From positions 2,294,001 to 2,358,000 of the forward strand of contig MU059537.1 in the NCBI GenBank assembly GCA_013265495.1: a stretch of 64,000 bases of DNA. The letters run 5' to 3'. Origin of the DNA: Vicugna vicugna (lineage: Eukaryota). Within the stretch, counting starts at the first letter, position 1; every line of letters starts with the position of its first letter. Below the pieces are notes generated by a model. It did no database searches and was not told the origin of the DNA. It was given only the letters and a program-made list of their open reading frames with translations. Positions 50,370-62,910 of this stretch are shown here, one piece after another. Both the position numbers and the translations under genes were made by a program.

Positions 50370-50620
50370 TTTGTTTTAAATTTTCGCTGTGGGATACTTC
50401 AAACGTACATAAAAAGAAGAGAGTGTAATAAAAAGTGTCCGCCTGGCACTTGTCACCCAGGCACAGCGCCCTCCAGCTCTGGGGCCACTCCTCTGTCCCT
50501 CTGTACCCTTCACCGCTTCCCCCACACCTGCTTCCTCCACATCATTGTGAAGCAGATCCAGGTCCAGGATAGGTTTGGTTTTGTAAGCACTGTTAGATAC
50601 TTCCTCAACCACCTACTGAA
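50370..50620 (-). mobile_element. Old L1 (L1MC/ME) 3' end
   Basis: ttcaaacgtacataaaaagaagagagtgtaataa...gtcacccag...gaagcagatccag. Confidence 0.5.
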
Positions 50621-50764
50621 ATACATAAAAGTATGTATCTCCAGGGTTGTTATCTGAGTTAGAAGATAGATTCTGGCTTGTTGTCTGAAAGTGAAAAACT
50701 TCACTTTTCATAAGTGAAAAGCTTTTTACGAATCATTTAAAAGAATTGCTTTGTGTTTTCCTAG

Positions 50765-50818
50765 GGTCATCCAGGAGTTCCAGGTTTCATGGGGCCCCCA
50801 GGGAACCCAGGGCCACCG
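50765..50818 (+). CDS. COL22A1: COL22A1 exon (20, 54 nt): GHPGVPGFMGPPGNPGPP
   Basis: tgttttcctag|GGTCAT...CCACCG|gtaagt. Confidence 0.96.
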
Positions 50819-51544
50819 GTAAGTAATTATTTTTAATCCCTTCCTCTTTTGGCCTTGTCATCAGTACACACGTCCACACTCACTGGAGGTGCTGTCACCT
50901 TGACGTACCTCTTATTTGAAAGATTGGGCTGACCTGAGAGGTGTCCAGGGGTGAACTGGAAGTGCAGTCCCAGAGGCATGTGGAGTGAGCACGGAGGGTC
51001 TTGAGCAGCATTGAGGGACAGTGTAATTAGAATGCTCCTGGGATGGGAGGCTTTGGAAGGGATGGACAGGATCGACTTACTATTCTTTATCCAGCTTGGG
51101 AGGGGGGAGTTGGGGATAATTCCAAGGTTAGAATCTTAGGTAAGAAATGGAGAAGCAACTGTCCCTCTCCCATAGAAACCTGTCCCATAGTAAGAGGCTC
51201 TGGGAATCACAGGGTGTTTATGCAAGCTCAGACTTGCTTGGATTTACTATAATTGATAACAGTAATAATAACTACGGATTATTATTACTGTGCAGCATGA
51301 CTATTTTCAACAGTTCATTCATTAGCATTCTAAGGCCCTTGTTATCAGTGTATCTGCAACCACCATAGTATCACCCCATTTATTCCCCTGCCCCACCCCA
51401 CCCCCCAGGGCAAGTGTTCTCCTTGCTCTTAGAGTGGCCGTGGTGCTGATGTTGACTGATGCTCTTCTCAGCAACCTTGCCTCCCTTTGGTCTAGGCGGC
51501 CCACGGGTTACTCTTGTCCCTCCTCTGCTCGGTCCGCTGTGGTG

Positions 51545-51568
51545 GTTACCCGCGGTAGCCATGGTAAC
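51545..51568. promoter_or_regulatory. Tandem overlapping RFX X-box-like sites
   Basis: GTTACC-CGC-GGTAGC overlapping GTAGCC-AT-GGTAAC; each has one mismatch to the GTTRCC-n-GGYAAC palindrome. Confidence 0.5.
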
Positions 51569-53249
51569 GGGCTGTGGGAATTAGCATCCTCACCAAGCCA
51601 GGCCTGGTCCCCTGGCGTTTCCCATGGGTTCTTCAGGAGCCCTGGTCTCCCAGACCTTGCAGAGAAGGGGTCACTGGTAATGGCTAAAGGACCCTGAAAG
51701 GGAACCTGCTTCAGATAGGGACCAGCCTGTCGTAAATAATGAAGGATCGTGAAGTTAGAATGTATGAAATTAAGCTTGCTGTGTCTCCTTTTCAACGGCG
51801 TCTAGTTGGCTACTAATTGTAACTATGTGTTAATTCTTAAAATAAATCAAGTTGTTTTAAGTGTATTTTTTTCAATAAAATCATGAGAACATGAAACAAC
51901 ATCTTTCAGTTCATGACAGATTTTTCCACCAAAATCGTGGAAAGGTAAATCGTCTACAAAAGTATTGAAGCTTTCCGAGTTGCCCACAGAGCCTGCCCGA
52001 GATCGCTCATGTTCAGCTCATTCCATCCCCCTCTTTCTAGTGCCTTTGCTGTTAACATCCTTTTCAGTTTCTCGGCCTCAGGTCTTAACTGTTCCAACTC
52101 TGCCGTCTGCACATTTGTGAATGACCTGGTAGGGAAATGATCCGTTTGCTATCGTTTGATTTTGTGAAATTCTGCATATGTTTCAAAATGTGTAATTTCA
52201 TGCAGGGAATTTCTTTGCACTGTGTTTGTGTGTGTTACTGGATTTTGTGGCATCTGATCCGCAAAGAGAAAGACTGATCAAGATGGCAGCAGTACCGATA
52301 GCGGGAAAAGGCATCGGCGTGAAGTGAGGAAGGGACATTTGAGAGGGAAATACTAGCATATAAAAAAGCCCGGTTCTTGAATGACTCATTTCATACCATG
52401 ATGGCTGTAGCTTCCCTGCACAGCCAAGCAGCTGAAGAGCTCATAAAAAGTACTGAGTTAAAGCCCCATCCTCTTCCCACCCTGGTAGCTCCAAAGCCTA
52501 AAACACATCCCAGCCCAAGTGGAGCCCTGTTCTCTTCCCGTTGGGAGCTGCCGCGACTTCGAACTCTGATGACAACAGTAGCAAATGGCTTATTCTCCTG
52601 TTTGATGACGAATCTGAGATTCACAGTCACAAGCAGAAGCCAGCTTGTCTGCCTCCAGCTGGTTGGTGTGTTCTTTCAGCACCAGGCAGATGTGTATGAG
52701 CTTCCACTTTGTGCCCTGCCTTGGACTGTTAACTGCCCTTGGGAATAGACGCTGAGTCAGCTGCCCACTCAGGGTTAGGGGTCAGCCATGCAATAGGAAC
52801 TCAAGAGCAGGAAATGACCACTCTTCATCATTCATGCATTGTTTTTTGAGTGTTTATTGTGTGTTAGATAGCGATGCCAACAGACAAAGCTCCTTTCTTT
52901 GGTAGTCTATTTTCTGGTGCTCAGTCTGCATTCTTCTTCCAGGTAAAACCCTTACCCTGTTTCTAACCTGCTGGTTTAGCTAGATTCCAGAGTCCAGGAT
53001 GCCAGAAGCTTTCGGCAAAATTACGTAGAAGAATCCAGGTTAGGAGTAGAAGCTCGATTGTTCCGTTAGGTTTGGACTAGATGTGTGATTTTCCTTTGCA
53101 GCAGCCCAGGTACAGGGAAACACAAACCTTGTAGGCCGTTTGTTTAAATATTATCAACATCTTTTTGTTTCATGAACTTTTACTGGGTCATCACCTAGTG
53201 AAAGGCATGGAGGCAAATCAGACTGCATCTTGTCTCCAGGATTTGTTTT

Positions 53250-53390
53250 ACATGAAAATTAAGACACTTCTCCTTCAGCTATACCAAGTTTCTTTGAGGT
53301 CTAAGACCACCGTCTGGTCATTTCTGTATCCCTAAACCTTTGCCAGCACCTGGTACAACATAGGAGCCCAATAAGTGTAGGTAAAATGAC
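53250..53390 (+). mobile_element. L2 3' end
   Basis: ctttgagg...tctgtatccct...agcacctggtacaacataggagcccaataagtgt. Confidence 0.55.
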
Positions 53391-53957
53391 TACAGACTGC
53401 TGGAAAGGTATCAGTGAAGTGCTGTGAGAGCTTGCTTGTTCGTTATCCCGTGTCTAGTTCTTGTCTGCAGTTTCCTGGTCTTGGGTTGGCCAACAGACAC
53501 ACTGAGAAGACCACTGTCACGAGACTTAGGATGATGGAGAGCCCTTTGTGGAGATCTCCTAACGTGGCCTGGTGCGGGCTCACTCTGTGTGTGTGTTACC
53601 TGACTGAGTTCTCTCAACAACTCAGGTTACATAGGTGCTGCCTTTTTTCTTTTTCTCTGTTTCACAAAGGAACTGAGGTGCAGAGGAGTGAAATAACTTC
53701 CCTAGGGCCACACAGCTAGTCAGCAGGGACCCAGGACGCCGACCCAGGAGCTCTGGCTCTGGGAGGGTGTGCCCCTCGCTGGTGCCCTCTGTCCCATGCT
53801 AAGCACGTTGGAGGAAGTGCCTCGTTTACCCCCCACCTCCATGTGGCATGGGCAGTAAGGAAACCGAAGCATGGTGGCCTCATGCCACTCGATCAAAGCA
53901 AGTAGGAAGCAACGTATTGGCTAGTCTAAGGGGCCTCTGCCTGCATCACCCGGCCAG

Positions 53958-54270
53958 CGAGCATTCATCTAGTCAAGAAATACTGAGTGTGCACTATTTC
54001 CAAGGCATCGTTTTTGTTCCCAATAAACAAATAAGGTGATAAACACTAAGATGTCAAATGGAAGTAAAGGCTACAGGAAAATAAAAACAGAAAAGGGTGG
54101 TGAGAAGCAGGGACATTCAGTTTTAGATCTGGAAGGCAGAAAATGTCTCACTGAGAAGCTGACACCTGAGTCACAACGTGGAGGAAGGCAGCATATGAGC
54201 CCTGACACATGGAGGGTTAGACTACTGGCGGTAGGAACAGCATGTGCAAGAGCCCTGGGGCAGAAGCACG
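53958..54270 (-). mobile_element. L2 3' region
   Basis: cattcatctagtcaagaaatactgagtgtgcactatttccaaggc...ggaacagcatgtgcaagagccctgggg. Confidence 0.65.
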
Positions 54271-54401
54271 TCTGGGGCTCACTTCACACCACTTACCTGT
54301 GTAGAACTCCTCTCCCCTTTATCTATATGTACATCTCTTTATCCCTGAGTTGATACAAGCAACTGTCTTCTTTATCTCCCTAGAAGATAAATCTAATTGT
54401 T

Positions 54402-54439
54402 TGTTTCTTGTTGTCTGCCCTGTTTCTTGTTGTCTGCCC
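54402..54439. repeat. Perfect 19-bp tandem duplication
   Basis: tgtttcttgttgtctgccc x2. Confidence 0.9.
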
Positions 54440-54757
54440 TGAAATGTTCCCTGATGTTAGCTGAAAATGTCTACTCTGAAGGGAGACCATTTACTCTTGT
54501 CTTGTGGATAATGGGCTGGTGAATGCTTTGACCTTTCATGAAACGTGGCTGCTGTCCTCCCAACATCTTTGTATTCCCAGAGGCTATCCCAGCCTGATGC
54601 GGAGGGCAGAAGCATCTCGGGAGTACTTGAACGGTTTAGGCAGCTGGGAAGGGGCACAGGATACAAGATCTGTGCGTTGCCTCACATGCAAAGAGGAGGT
54701 GCTAAAGATCTCTGTTCAGTACACAACAAACCGGCTTTCTGCTTTACCATCCTTTAG

Positions 54758-54811
54758 GGAGCAGATGGAATTGCGGGAGCTGCTGGACCGCCAGGAATCC
54801 AAGGACCCCCA
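54758..54811 (+). CDS. COL22A1: COL22A1 exon (21, 54 nt): GADGIAGAAGPPGIQGPP
   Basis: ccatcctttag|GGAGCA...CCCCCA|gtaagt. Confidence 0.96.
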
Positions 54812-55479
54812 GTAAGTTCCTCAGTGGATGGGATCCACCTTCAGTTTGTGTTTGGACCTTCCCAGAACCCCAAGAGTTTGCCCTGGTCGCCCCTGCCTCC
54901 TGCGGCTCACATCCCCAGGGTTTATGCACCGCTGGTTACTACGGGAGGGGTTAATTTCCCTTAGAGCCCTGGTTACCTTGCCTCTGAAATGAAGGCTTGG
55001 ATGAAATGACCTAGCAATCTGTGATTCCAGGATTCAGTTTGCAACCAGTTCAAACTGGCCCAAGGTTTAACCCCATCTCTCTATTCCTGTTCAGTGCAGT
55101 TTCCATCTGAAACAGGCACAGGCAAGCAGAAGGTGTTGGTGCTAAGCCATCCTGAGCCTGTGGTGGGAGCCAGGCAGCATGTCAGACAGGAGGTAGCCAC
55201 TGTTATCCAGTTGTTCAAAAAGCAGAGTGAAATTAAGAAAGAGGAAGTCACAGGTCAAGGTACTGAAACCACACAGGTGGAGCTGGTTGAAACCCGAGGC
55301 TTTTATCTCAAAAACCAGCACTGTATTCATTGCATGAAGCTGCCAGGACCACTCTTGGTTTCAACACCATAAAGCCAAGGTGAACCTCAGTTTGGCAGGC
55401 ATGTGCTCACTGTCACTACATGCATGTTCCCCTAAAGGAATATATGGTCCATTATCTCATCTGACTGCCCCATCACGAG

Positions 55480-55600
55480 GATTATCTCCATTTTATAAAT
55501 AAAGAAACTGGGCATCAGGGAAGTGAAACTACCAGTTCAAGGCCACATGGTGAGGAGATGTCGGAGCCAGCTGCCAGCCCTGCTCTACAGGAATCCCAGC
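55480..55600 (-). mobile_element. MIR SINE
   Basis: tatctccattttataaataaagaaactggg...caaggccacatgg. Confidence 0.55.
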
Positions 55601-56829
55601 ATCACGTTCTAGGTAGGGCTATTGCTAGCAAACAGGTCAACTCTGCCTTGGTGTCTCTGGACCCTGGGGTCAAGAGCACTTTAGGGATCACCCAGGACAT
55701 CTTCCTCCTCCTACTCAGATGGGGAAGTCAAGGTCTGGTGGGTGAGGTGACTCATTCAAGGACAGATAGGAAATTGATATCCAAGTTGGGAATTCAGTCA
55801 GTTTGAAAATTCCCATTTCAGCATTCCTTCTATTACTCCACATTGACCCTCTGTGTTGGAGGGTTGGGTTAGGGACTGGAGGGATGTTAAATTTGAAAAA
55901 TAAGAGACATGTGGTTCTCTCTACGATCATCGTCTGGTCAATCCTTTGGAAGCAGCCCACCTAGAAGTCCCAGGATGAATAAAATACAAACCATACTGCA
56001 GGTAGCTTTTTATTGATTCTCAGACAGAAAACGATTTCCCCGATAAAAACTAATGGACCGTTTGCCCAAGCAGAATAAGATGTAGGGCCCAGATGTAAAT
56101 CATTGTATTCCTAGGAATTAAACTACGTTTAATAAGACATTGATTCTGTCCTGGCGAGTTATGACTGTGCTTGAAGCTGTCCGTGGTCCTGATATTTCAC
56201 CATTAACATCCATCCAGAATATAGCAGAAGTTTCCTTAGCACAAATGAGTGTCAGTAGTTAAAAAGCAGAAGTAAAGAAAGTTAAATGGGGCATAGGAAA
56301 AAAAAAAAAGAAAAAGAAAAAAGTACACACAAAAATCTAAAACATTTCCATTGCATTTTGAATTAAACCATAAAAATTGTTTGCCAGTTTTTTTGCCTTA
56401 CACTGAAGGCCCTCATTTTTATTTCTATTCCCCTGAATGGAGTCTCGTCATTTTCTTGTAAAAAGAACATCCACCCATTTACTATTTGTTGCTTTTTTAA
56501 AGGGTGGTTTGAGTATATATCAACACTTGTGAAGCAATTTGAATGTAGAATCCTAGTTTGTTAGGATTTTTTTGCTAATCTTTTATAGCTGTCTTGCGGT
56601 ACAGCTAACAGCTATCTATTTATTTAGATAGTGAGTGTCTCATCTTTATCTATTTTCAATGTCTTAATTTGCATAAAAAGATCATTCTTTTTCCGCCTAA
56701 GTTTCATTGGGTTACCTAATGAATAATTAAATTATATAATTTCCATAGCAAACAAGTTGTGAAAGCAGGTTTAGGAACAACCATACTGACTCCTTATTGA
56801 GTCTTCAGTTCACCAGATGGGAACAAAAA

Positions 56830-57010
56830 ATAATCTAGACAGTAAATAGTTTAGTCTTATGGGCTATATGATCTCTGTTGCAAATATTCATCTCTGCCAT
56901 GGAAAGGTGACACAGCCACAGAAAATGTGTACACTAACAGTCAAGACTGTGTTCTGGTAAAACTTTATTTGCAAAAACAGGCTGAGAGCTGGAGCTTGCT
57001 ACCTCCTATC
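56830..57010 (+). mobile_element. MER58A (hAT-Charlie)
   Basis: agacagtaaatagtttag...tctctgttgcaaatattca...ctgtgttctggtaaaactttatttgcaaaaacaggc. Confidence 0.7.
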
Positions 57011-58527
57011 CCAGATCACTAGTGTTTCCATACTAGGATATTTGAAATAATGAGCATCCAAGAAGGAATCTAGGAAGCTCTGTTATCAATATTTAAAAAT
57101 TCCTAATGGTGATGGAATTTTGGCCAAAGTTGACCAAAAATCCACCTTTTTTATTAATGTGTTTGCAGATATTTGAGATATGGGGGAGGGTAAACATTTT
57201 TTGTTTTATTATTATTATTTCGCACCAGTGTAAGTGGCAGTATGTATAAACAATCCCGAATATTATGCAACAAAAGTCTACAGAGATGCAGGTTATGTCA
57301 AATTATTATCAATGCAAATGCATAAACACAGCGTTTCATTTTTAAAAAATTAAGAGCAGCCACTCAACGTGGATATGCAGAGTGAAGATACTTTTGAGAA
57401 AAGGTTTTCACAAACCAGTGGTGAACCTAAAACATTGTCCTTTCTTCATCAGTTCCCAAGGGTCTATGACAAAAAATTCTCAGTACCTTAATGATATGAT
57501 AGTGATATCTTTCATTTTCTTTACATATGGAAATAAAATTCAGTTACTTCAGTTTTTATTGAGTGTAACTAGTGCTTAATAAAGGAAGTGTTTTTTTGTC
57601 CCCTGATTGGACCTTTATATGACCATACATAAACTCTCTATAAATCTGAAATAAATATCAAAATTACTTGCTTTTGCTTTTCTTCGGAGGGGATAAAGTC
57701 ACAACCTTTAAGAACATCTCATTTTGTGTGGCATATGGATTAGAATGTGAAAACCTGACATCAGCATTTTTTATTACGAAAGAAACTGGCAGGGAATTAT
57801 AAGTTACCAGGAATTCTAAAATGTTCCTGGTAGAGACACAAGATGATATGAAAATGCCCGTCATGATAAAAATGATTTCATCTGATTTAGAAGCTCTGGT
57901 TGACAGTGATGTGTGTTTTTGGTGAATAAAATGGGAAATGAATTAGTAATTAATGCAGTTTTGTAAACACAATCTGTCAAGGTGGATTTCATGGGGGAAA
58001 GGGATACTAAGAGCGACCACTGATGGTAAAAAGTTTGCGGACCTCTGGATAAGAGGGCCATAGTAACAAAACCGCCCATTACACGCGTCCCAGTCAGTTC
58101 TTTACTTGTGTTGAATCCTGTGTACGGAACACCTGCGGGTGCTGTGGTCAGTGCTGTCAGCAGGGTCCTGAGTCTCAGGCAGTTTGGGGACAAAGTGCAG
58201 AGTTGGATCTTGACCCAGATCTTGTGGACCCCAAAGCTCCAATATCTTCTTCCCATTGTGCCTCCCAATCTCTAGTTCTCCCTGAGTCCATATAATAAGG
58301 CCAGGATGAGTCCCAGTGTGCACACCAGCCGGCACATTTATGCTCTGTCCAGGGTGCCTCCCTGCCCTGCAGGAGGCGATGCCTGGGAAGCAGCAAGGTG
58401 GGCTGGAGCATCTGCCGCTCCTCGCTGAGGCTCCTCCACCCCACGAGACCAGTTCTGGGTGAGATCACTTACTTACAGAGAGCTAGTCCCAGAGAGCTAA
58501 TGGTGCTTTGTGTCTTGGATCTTTTAG

Positions 58528-58581
58528 GGGAAAGAAGGTCCTCCAGGCCCCCAAGGCCCCTCTGGATTACCTGGCATCCCA
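58528..58581 (+). CDS. COL22A1: COL22A1 exon (22, 54 nt): GKEGPPGPQGPSGLPGIP
   Basis: ggatcttttag|GGGAAA...ATCCCA|gtaagt. Confidence 0.96.
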
Positions 58582-59149
58582 GTAAGTGGCATTTAAAAAA
58601 ATCTAGTTTCTTTACTACAAAAATAAGCAAAGAAAACTATATTGCACCGTTGTTAAAGCAAAGAGTGTTCGCTAGAGGACTTCTTGGCATTACAGAAAAC
58701 TAGAAGAAAAATAATCACTAACCAAAGCCAGTCTTAGTCTCATTCTTCTTTTATGTTTATATTTGTCGTTTACTTACCTAAATAAAATTTTCATCTCTCT
58801 CTACACACGCACTTGTCAATCAACACACCATATACATACATAACTGTAGTAAGTAATTGTGGTAATAGAAACATTTTCTATCTTCCACACTGGCATTAAA
58901 TGCTCATAAATTTTACATACACTCTACCCAAAAGGGTACCATAATATATATGATTCTGTTGACTTACAAATCTTATAACTGTTTTAAAAATCTACAGTAG
59001 GTTATTTTACATGCCTAGCAGTTTTCTTCTTTCTGTAGCATGGTCCCCCAAAGTATGACCTACTTGACAGAGTACAATAATATCTCAGGTGCTTGATACG
59101 TACTGCAAAATTTCTCTCCACAAATGTTGTTCTGGGTTTTTCAATTTAT

Positions 59150-59480
59150 TACACTTCTCAGTCGGGTCAGACTCTCCAGTACCTTAGCAGTAAGGCTCCA
59201 GAGAGCCCACACGCTGCCTCCTTCGTTGAGAAGAGATCCTCGCGTGGCTCCAGGTCTGGTGTGTGCTCCCTGCTGGGGCCTCTACTGGCCACAGCCCCAC
59301 CCCGGCCCGCCACGGTGCATTCTTTTGTTCCCACCATACTGGCTTCCTTTTGGTCTCTAGAACACTCTGCATCCTCTCCTCTCGAGGCCACTGGGCCTTT
59401 GCACGTGTTTTTCTGTCCACCCAGAATGCCTTCTTGTCACCTCTTTCACTAGTTGATGCCTCTCCCTTCTGCTTGGACAA
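59150..59480 (+). mobile_element. L2 fragment
   Basis: ccatactggcttcctt...ctagaacac...gggcctttgcacgtg...cccagaatgccttc. Confidence 0.6.
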
Positions 59481-60883
59481 AAAGAGCCATGATAGCTTTC
59501 ACACCTTGTCCGAAGTGGTACTCCTGCTGCTCCCAGGAGCCAGGTCTGCCCCAGAAATCCCCGCAGGGTCTTCTACCAGCCTCCAGCCTCCAGCCTGAGT
59601 CGCAGCTCTCCTTCCTGCGGTGTCTGGTTGTGTTGGCTTTCTCTTCTGTGCACGAGTCTCCTGACCATCCTCCCCGCTGCTCCATGCACAGGGAGACACG
59701 GTTCCTGAAGTTCAACTCTTAATTGAAAAGATCATTACTGCCTGGCCTCCAGGTCAGCCCAGCTAGTTTATCTGGTGTTAACGTGGTTATGCCGGGAGCA
59801 GGCTTCATAAAGAGCTGTGGGTGCACACTGAGTGTTGGCTAGCAGCCCGGATGGTCAATAAACTTAGGTAACTGTCTATGACGGCTTCCCACCGGTGCCG
59901 GGGCGCTGCCATTAAAGGCACTGACAAGGACCACTGCACCTTCCCTGAGCGCCTGGGGCAGCGGGAGCACCTGCACTACTGGTGTGGTTCATCAACGCTG
60001 GGTTTGTTAGCGTTGCAGGTGGAAGCACTGATCCAGAGCTGCCTAGTGACTCTGCCGGGGGGGGCTGGCCACCTCTCTCTGGGAGAGGGACCCCTAAGGA
60101 GCTGAGGATGTTAGCAGCTTGCCCGAGGTCACATGTGTAGTCGGTGCCAGCGGGATTCAGACTTCCCAGTTTCCCCTCTGCCTTGCCACCTGTTGCTTTC
60201 TTTCCCTGGAACCCATTCAACCCCGGTGGCCCAGAATTGGAACTTAAGTCTGTGTGAGGTCACAGTCATTGTACGGAACTGTCTCTCCCGTCTGCACAGG
60301 GTCCTAAAGAGTTGTGGTCTCTGAGGAAGACGTGGGGCAGAGAGGGTCTTATTTAGAGCAAGAGGTGGACCAGTAGGAGGGGAAACAGGTGAGGGATTAT
60401 AGCTGGATTCCATGGAAAGCAATATGACATGCTCATGGTCTTCCTATAGTCTAGACATGACCCTTACTGTCACTCACGGAGCCCCTCCTGTGTTCCAGGA
60501 ACTAAGGGCTCTCCTGCATGGCCCTCAGTGTCCTCGTCATCTTCTCAGAAGCCACACCCTCACTCCTCATGGCCATGGTCAAGTCAACCCAGGATACCCA
60601 GAGAGGAGCCCTGTTGTCCTAAGTCTGACCTCGTGGAGAAGTCCAGTGGGGGCTTCTTTCCATCAGTGACAATAATAATGATGCGACTGTAACGGACGGC
60701 TTTTCCACGCGCGCCAGGCACTGACCAGAGACCCACGCCAGGACCGTGGTGTCGGGGACGAACCGGGAGATGCGAACGGTTCTGTCTGCTGCACTTCAGT
60801 GTTGCTGTGCTCTAGGCAAACAGGCGTCCTTCCCTCCGTCCTAGCGTCTTTAGCCAGAGAACTAATTCAAGTTTCTCTTGCAG

Positions 60884-60937
60884 GGAGAAGAAGGCAAAGA
60901 GGGCAGGGATGGAAAACCAGGGCCCCCCGGAGACCCG
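60884..60937 (+). CDS. COL22A1: COL22A1 exon (23, 54 nt): GEEGKEGRDGKPGPPGDP
   Basis: tttctcttgcag|GGAGAA...GACCCG|gtaagg. Confidence 0.96.
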
Positions 60938-61099
60938 GTAAGGGACTCTTAAGTGTCTCTTCATTTTACACACCAAATCAGTCGTTTCTCAGAAACAGCA
61001 ACGATGTGTCCGGAGCCGCTTTGACCTGGGCACAGTGAGAGTTATTTTCTATGCATCACTTCATTTACTTCCCCCCGGAACCTGCCAGGCGAACACTGC

Positions 61100-61200
61100 T
61101 GTGCCCATTTTACAGCTGGGGAAACTGAGCTTCAGGGAGTGGAATTGTGGGCCCTTAGTCACATGATGGGCTGGTGACGGAATCGTGACCCTCACCCGGG
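61100..61200 (-). mobile_element. MIR SINE
   Basis: cccattttacagctggggaaactgagcttcagggag...gtcacatg. Confidence 0.6.
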
Positions 61201-62129
61201 ACTCCTGTCCCTCCTCCCTCTCTCTTCATTTTTTTTTTTAACTCCTCCTGCAGCCTCAATGCTATTGATGTAGGAAGGGAGATGAGCAGGTAGACAGTGG
61301 CTGGAGTAGAAAGGTGGTGTCTGAAAAGCCTGTTAAACCCACAGAAGCCCGAGCGTCACCTGCCAGCTCCCGGGGGTGTGAGTTGGCCTTTTCTGCAACT
61401 TTGGCCTAGAGTTTTTGTTTTTTCTTTATCTTTAATGTCAGCTGCCTGGGCCACACAGTGAGATGGACCGTGTGTTGTTGAGGTCCTGGCAGCTGTCGGC
61501 TGGAGGTGGTCAGGGATGTCTACGGACTCACCCCTACAGCCTCACAGCAATCCTTCCTTAGGACGGCTGGTCCTTCTTGACTGGATCTGGGCTCCGTGAT
61601 GGTGAAGCTTCACTTCCTAGCAGCTCTGAGCTGTGGAGCCCCACCATCGAGGGGAAGATGGAAGGTGGCGTCTGGGGCTTAGAGACCCAGGTCCTCCCCA
61701 GTGCCCACCGGTAGGATGTAGGCCCCCAGTGATGGGGGCCCCCGACAGATACCAGGCAGCTGCGAGCCGGAGTGAGGACATTTTCTAGATACTGACATGG
61801 GGCTTCTCCAAGATGTCTTGATAGGTAAAAAAGCAAGGGGACAGGGCAGTGTGTTTAACTAGCCCTATTTTATATGAAAATGGGTCTGGGTATTCTTCTA
61901 GTGTTTACATAAAGAAACAATGGGAGACTCCAAAGATACCAAGAAACGTAGTTACCATCCACGGAGGTAACTGAGGTTGGGTGGTTCTGAGCAGAAGGGA
62001 CTTGTGGATGCGAAAGCAACTTTGTACTCCTTGGTGTGTTTATTGTCATCTTTTTAATGTTTGGTGCCCTGTGCATGCAGTGCTTACTGATAAAATTAAA
62101 TTAAAATATTTTATGCTTAAATTATGACC

Positions 62130-62330
62130 ACAGCCAGAAAAAGAAACTGGCTTTGGATGCTGGCTCCGCTCCATACAGGCTTTGTGACCTGGTGTGAGTC
62201 ACAGAGCATCTCAGGGCTTCCGTTTCACTTCCGATAGAATGAGACTACTCGTGGCAACTGCTGGAGCTTCTGGAGAATCAAACGACGTGAGAAAGTGGTT
62301 AAACACCTCGGGCTTATCTAACTGGTAGTT
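62130..62330 (+). mobile_element. MIR SINE
   Basis: tgtgacctggtgtgagtcac...ctcagggcttccgtttcacttccgatagaatgag. Confidence 0.5.
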
Positions 62331-62789
62331 AATTTAGTGAGTTGCTTTTTCCAGCTGCCCTGGTTTTAACTCTGGGTGAGGTTAGAGCTGTGGGGCCCAT
62401 GGAACCACTGAGTGGAAGCACGTAAAGGTTTCTACAGCGAGCTTTGTGCAGCCATAACTGTTATGACTTATTCTGCATCTTATGCAACTTGCCAGAAGCA
62501 CCTTCTTTATCATTTTTCACGGGTGGCCAGATGCTGAAACCGGAATTCACTGCTGAGAGAAAAGGAAAGAGCTTACAGCAGCGAGCAAAGTGGAACCTCG
62601 TCTAAGCTGCTGAAGGCTGACGCCCAGCAGAGCACTCCCCTGGTGGCCAGGTGGCAGGTCGCCAGGTGGAGAACGTGGGAAGGGAGAGAGGGGCAGACAT
62701 GCCCACCGTGGCTGACGGCGACCGCGTGTGCACCGAGGGCCGGGGTGCTGAGTGCCTCGTTAGATTCTCCGGTGTGATTCCCAGAAGAA

Positions 62790-62910
62790 CCCGACGGGGT
62801 GTGGGTATCACTGTTGGCCCAGATGAGGAACTAAGGCCCAGAGAGGTTAGGTAGGCTGGCAGAGGTCACTAAGCTGGTAAATGGAGCATCCAGGACTCGC
62901 ATCCTGAAGG
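62790..62910 (-). mobile_element. MIR SINE
   Basis: cagatgaggaactaaggcccagagaggttaggtaggctggcagaggtcac. Confidence 0.6.

Larger units (their letters stand above)
532..60937 (+). other. COL22A1: COL22A1 gene, internal portion (23 coding exons in window, 5' and 3' ends outside)
   Basis: 23 AG/GT-bounded exons, each a multiple of 3 nt, join into a stop-free Gly-X-Y frame of 434 codons. The non-collagenous segments TSLFTPHPRLP, GPSPLLSPGDVNLLVK and [24 protein letters not shown] match my recollection of human collagen XXII (TSLFTPHPRMP, GLSSLLSPGDINLLAK, DVCNDCPPG), and the exon order is collinear with it. Confidence 0.96.

Noticed and set aside
51590-51700. Collagen-like reading SPGLPDLAEKGSLVMAKGP
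   Set aside because: The Gly register is broken at most triplets and there is no acceptor/donor pair, so chance is likely.
52279-52290. YY1-like CAAGATGGCAGC (also CGCCATTTTG at 10258-10267)
   Set aside because: Isolated short motifs without promoter context; the following ATG ORF is only 14 codons.
53250-54270. Inverted L2 pair as a miRNA-type hairpin
   Set aside because: The tails are about 570 bp apart and highly diverged, so no compact hairpin is evident.
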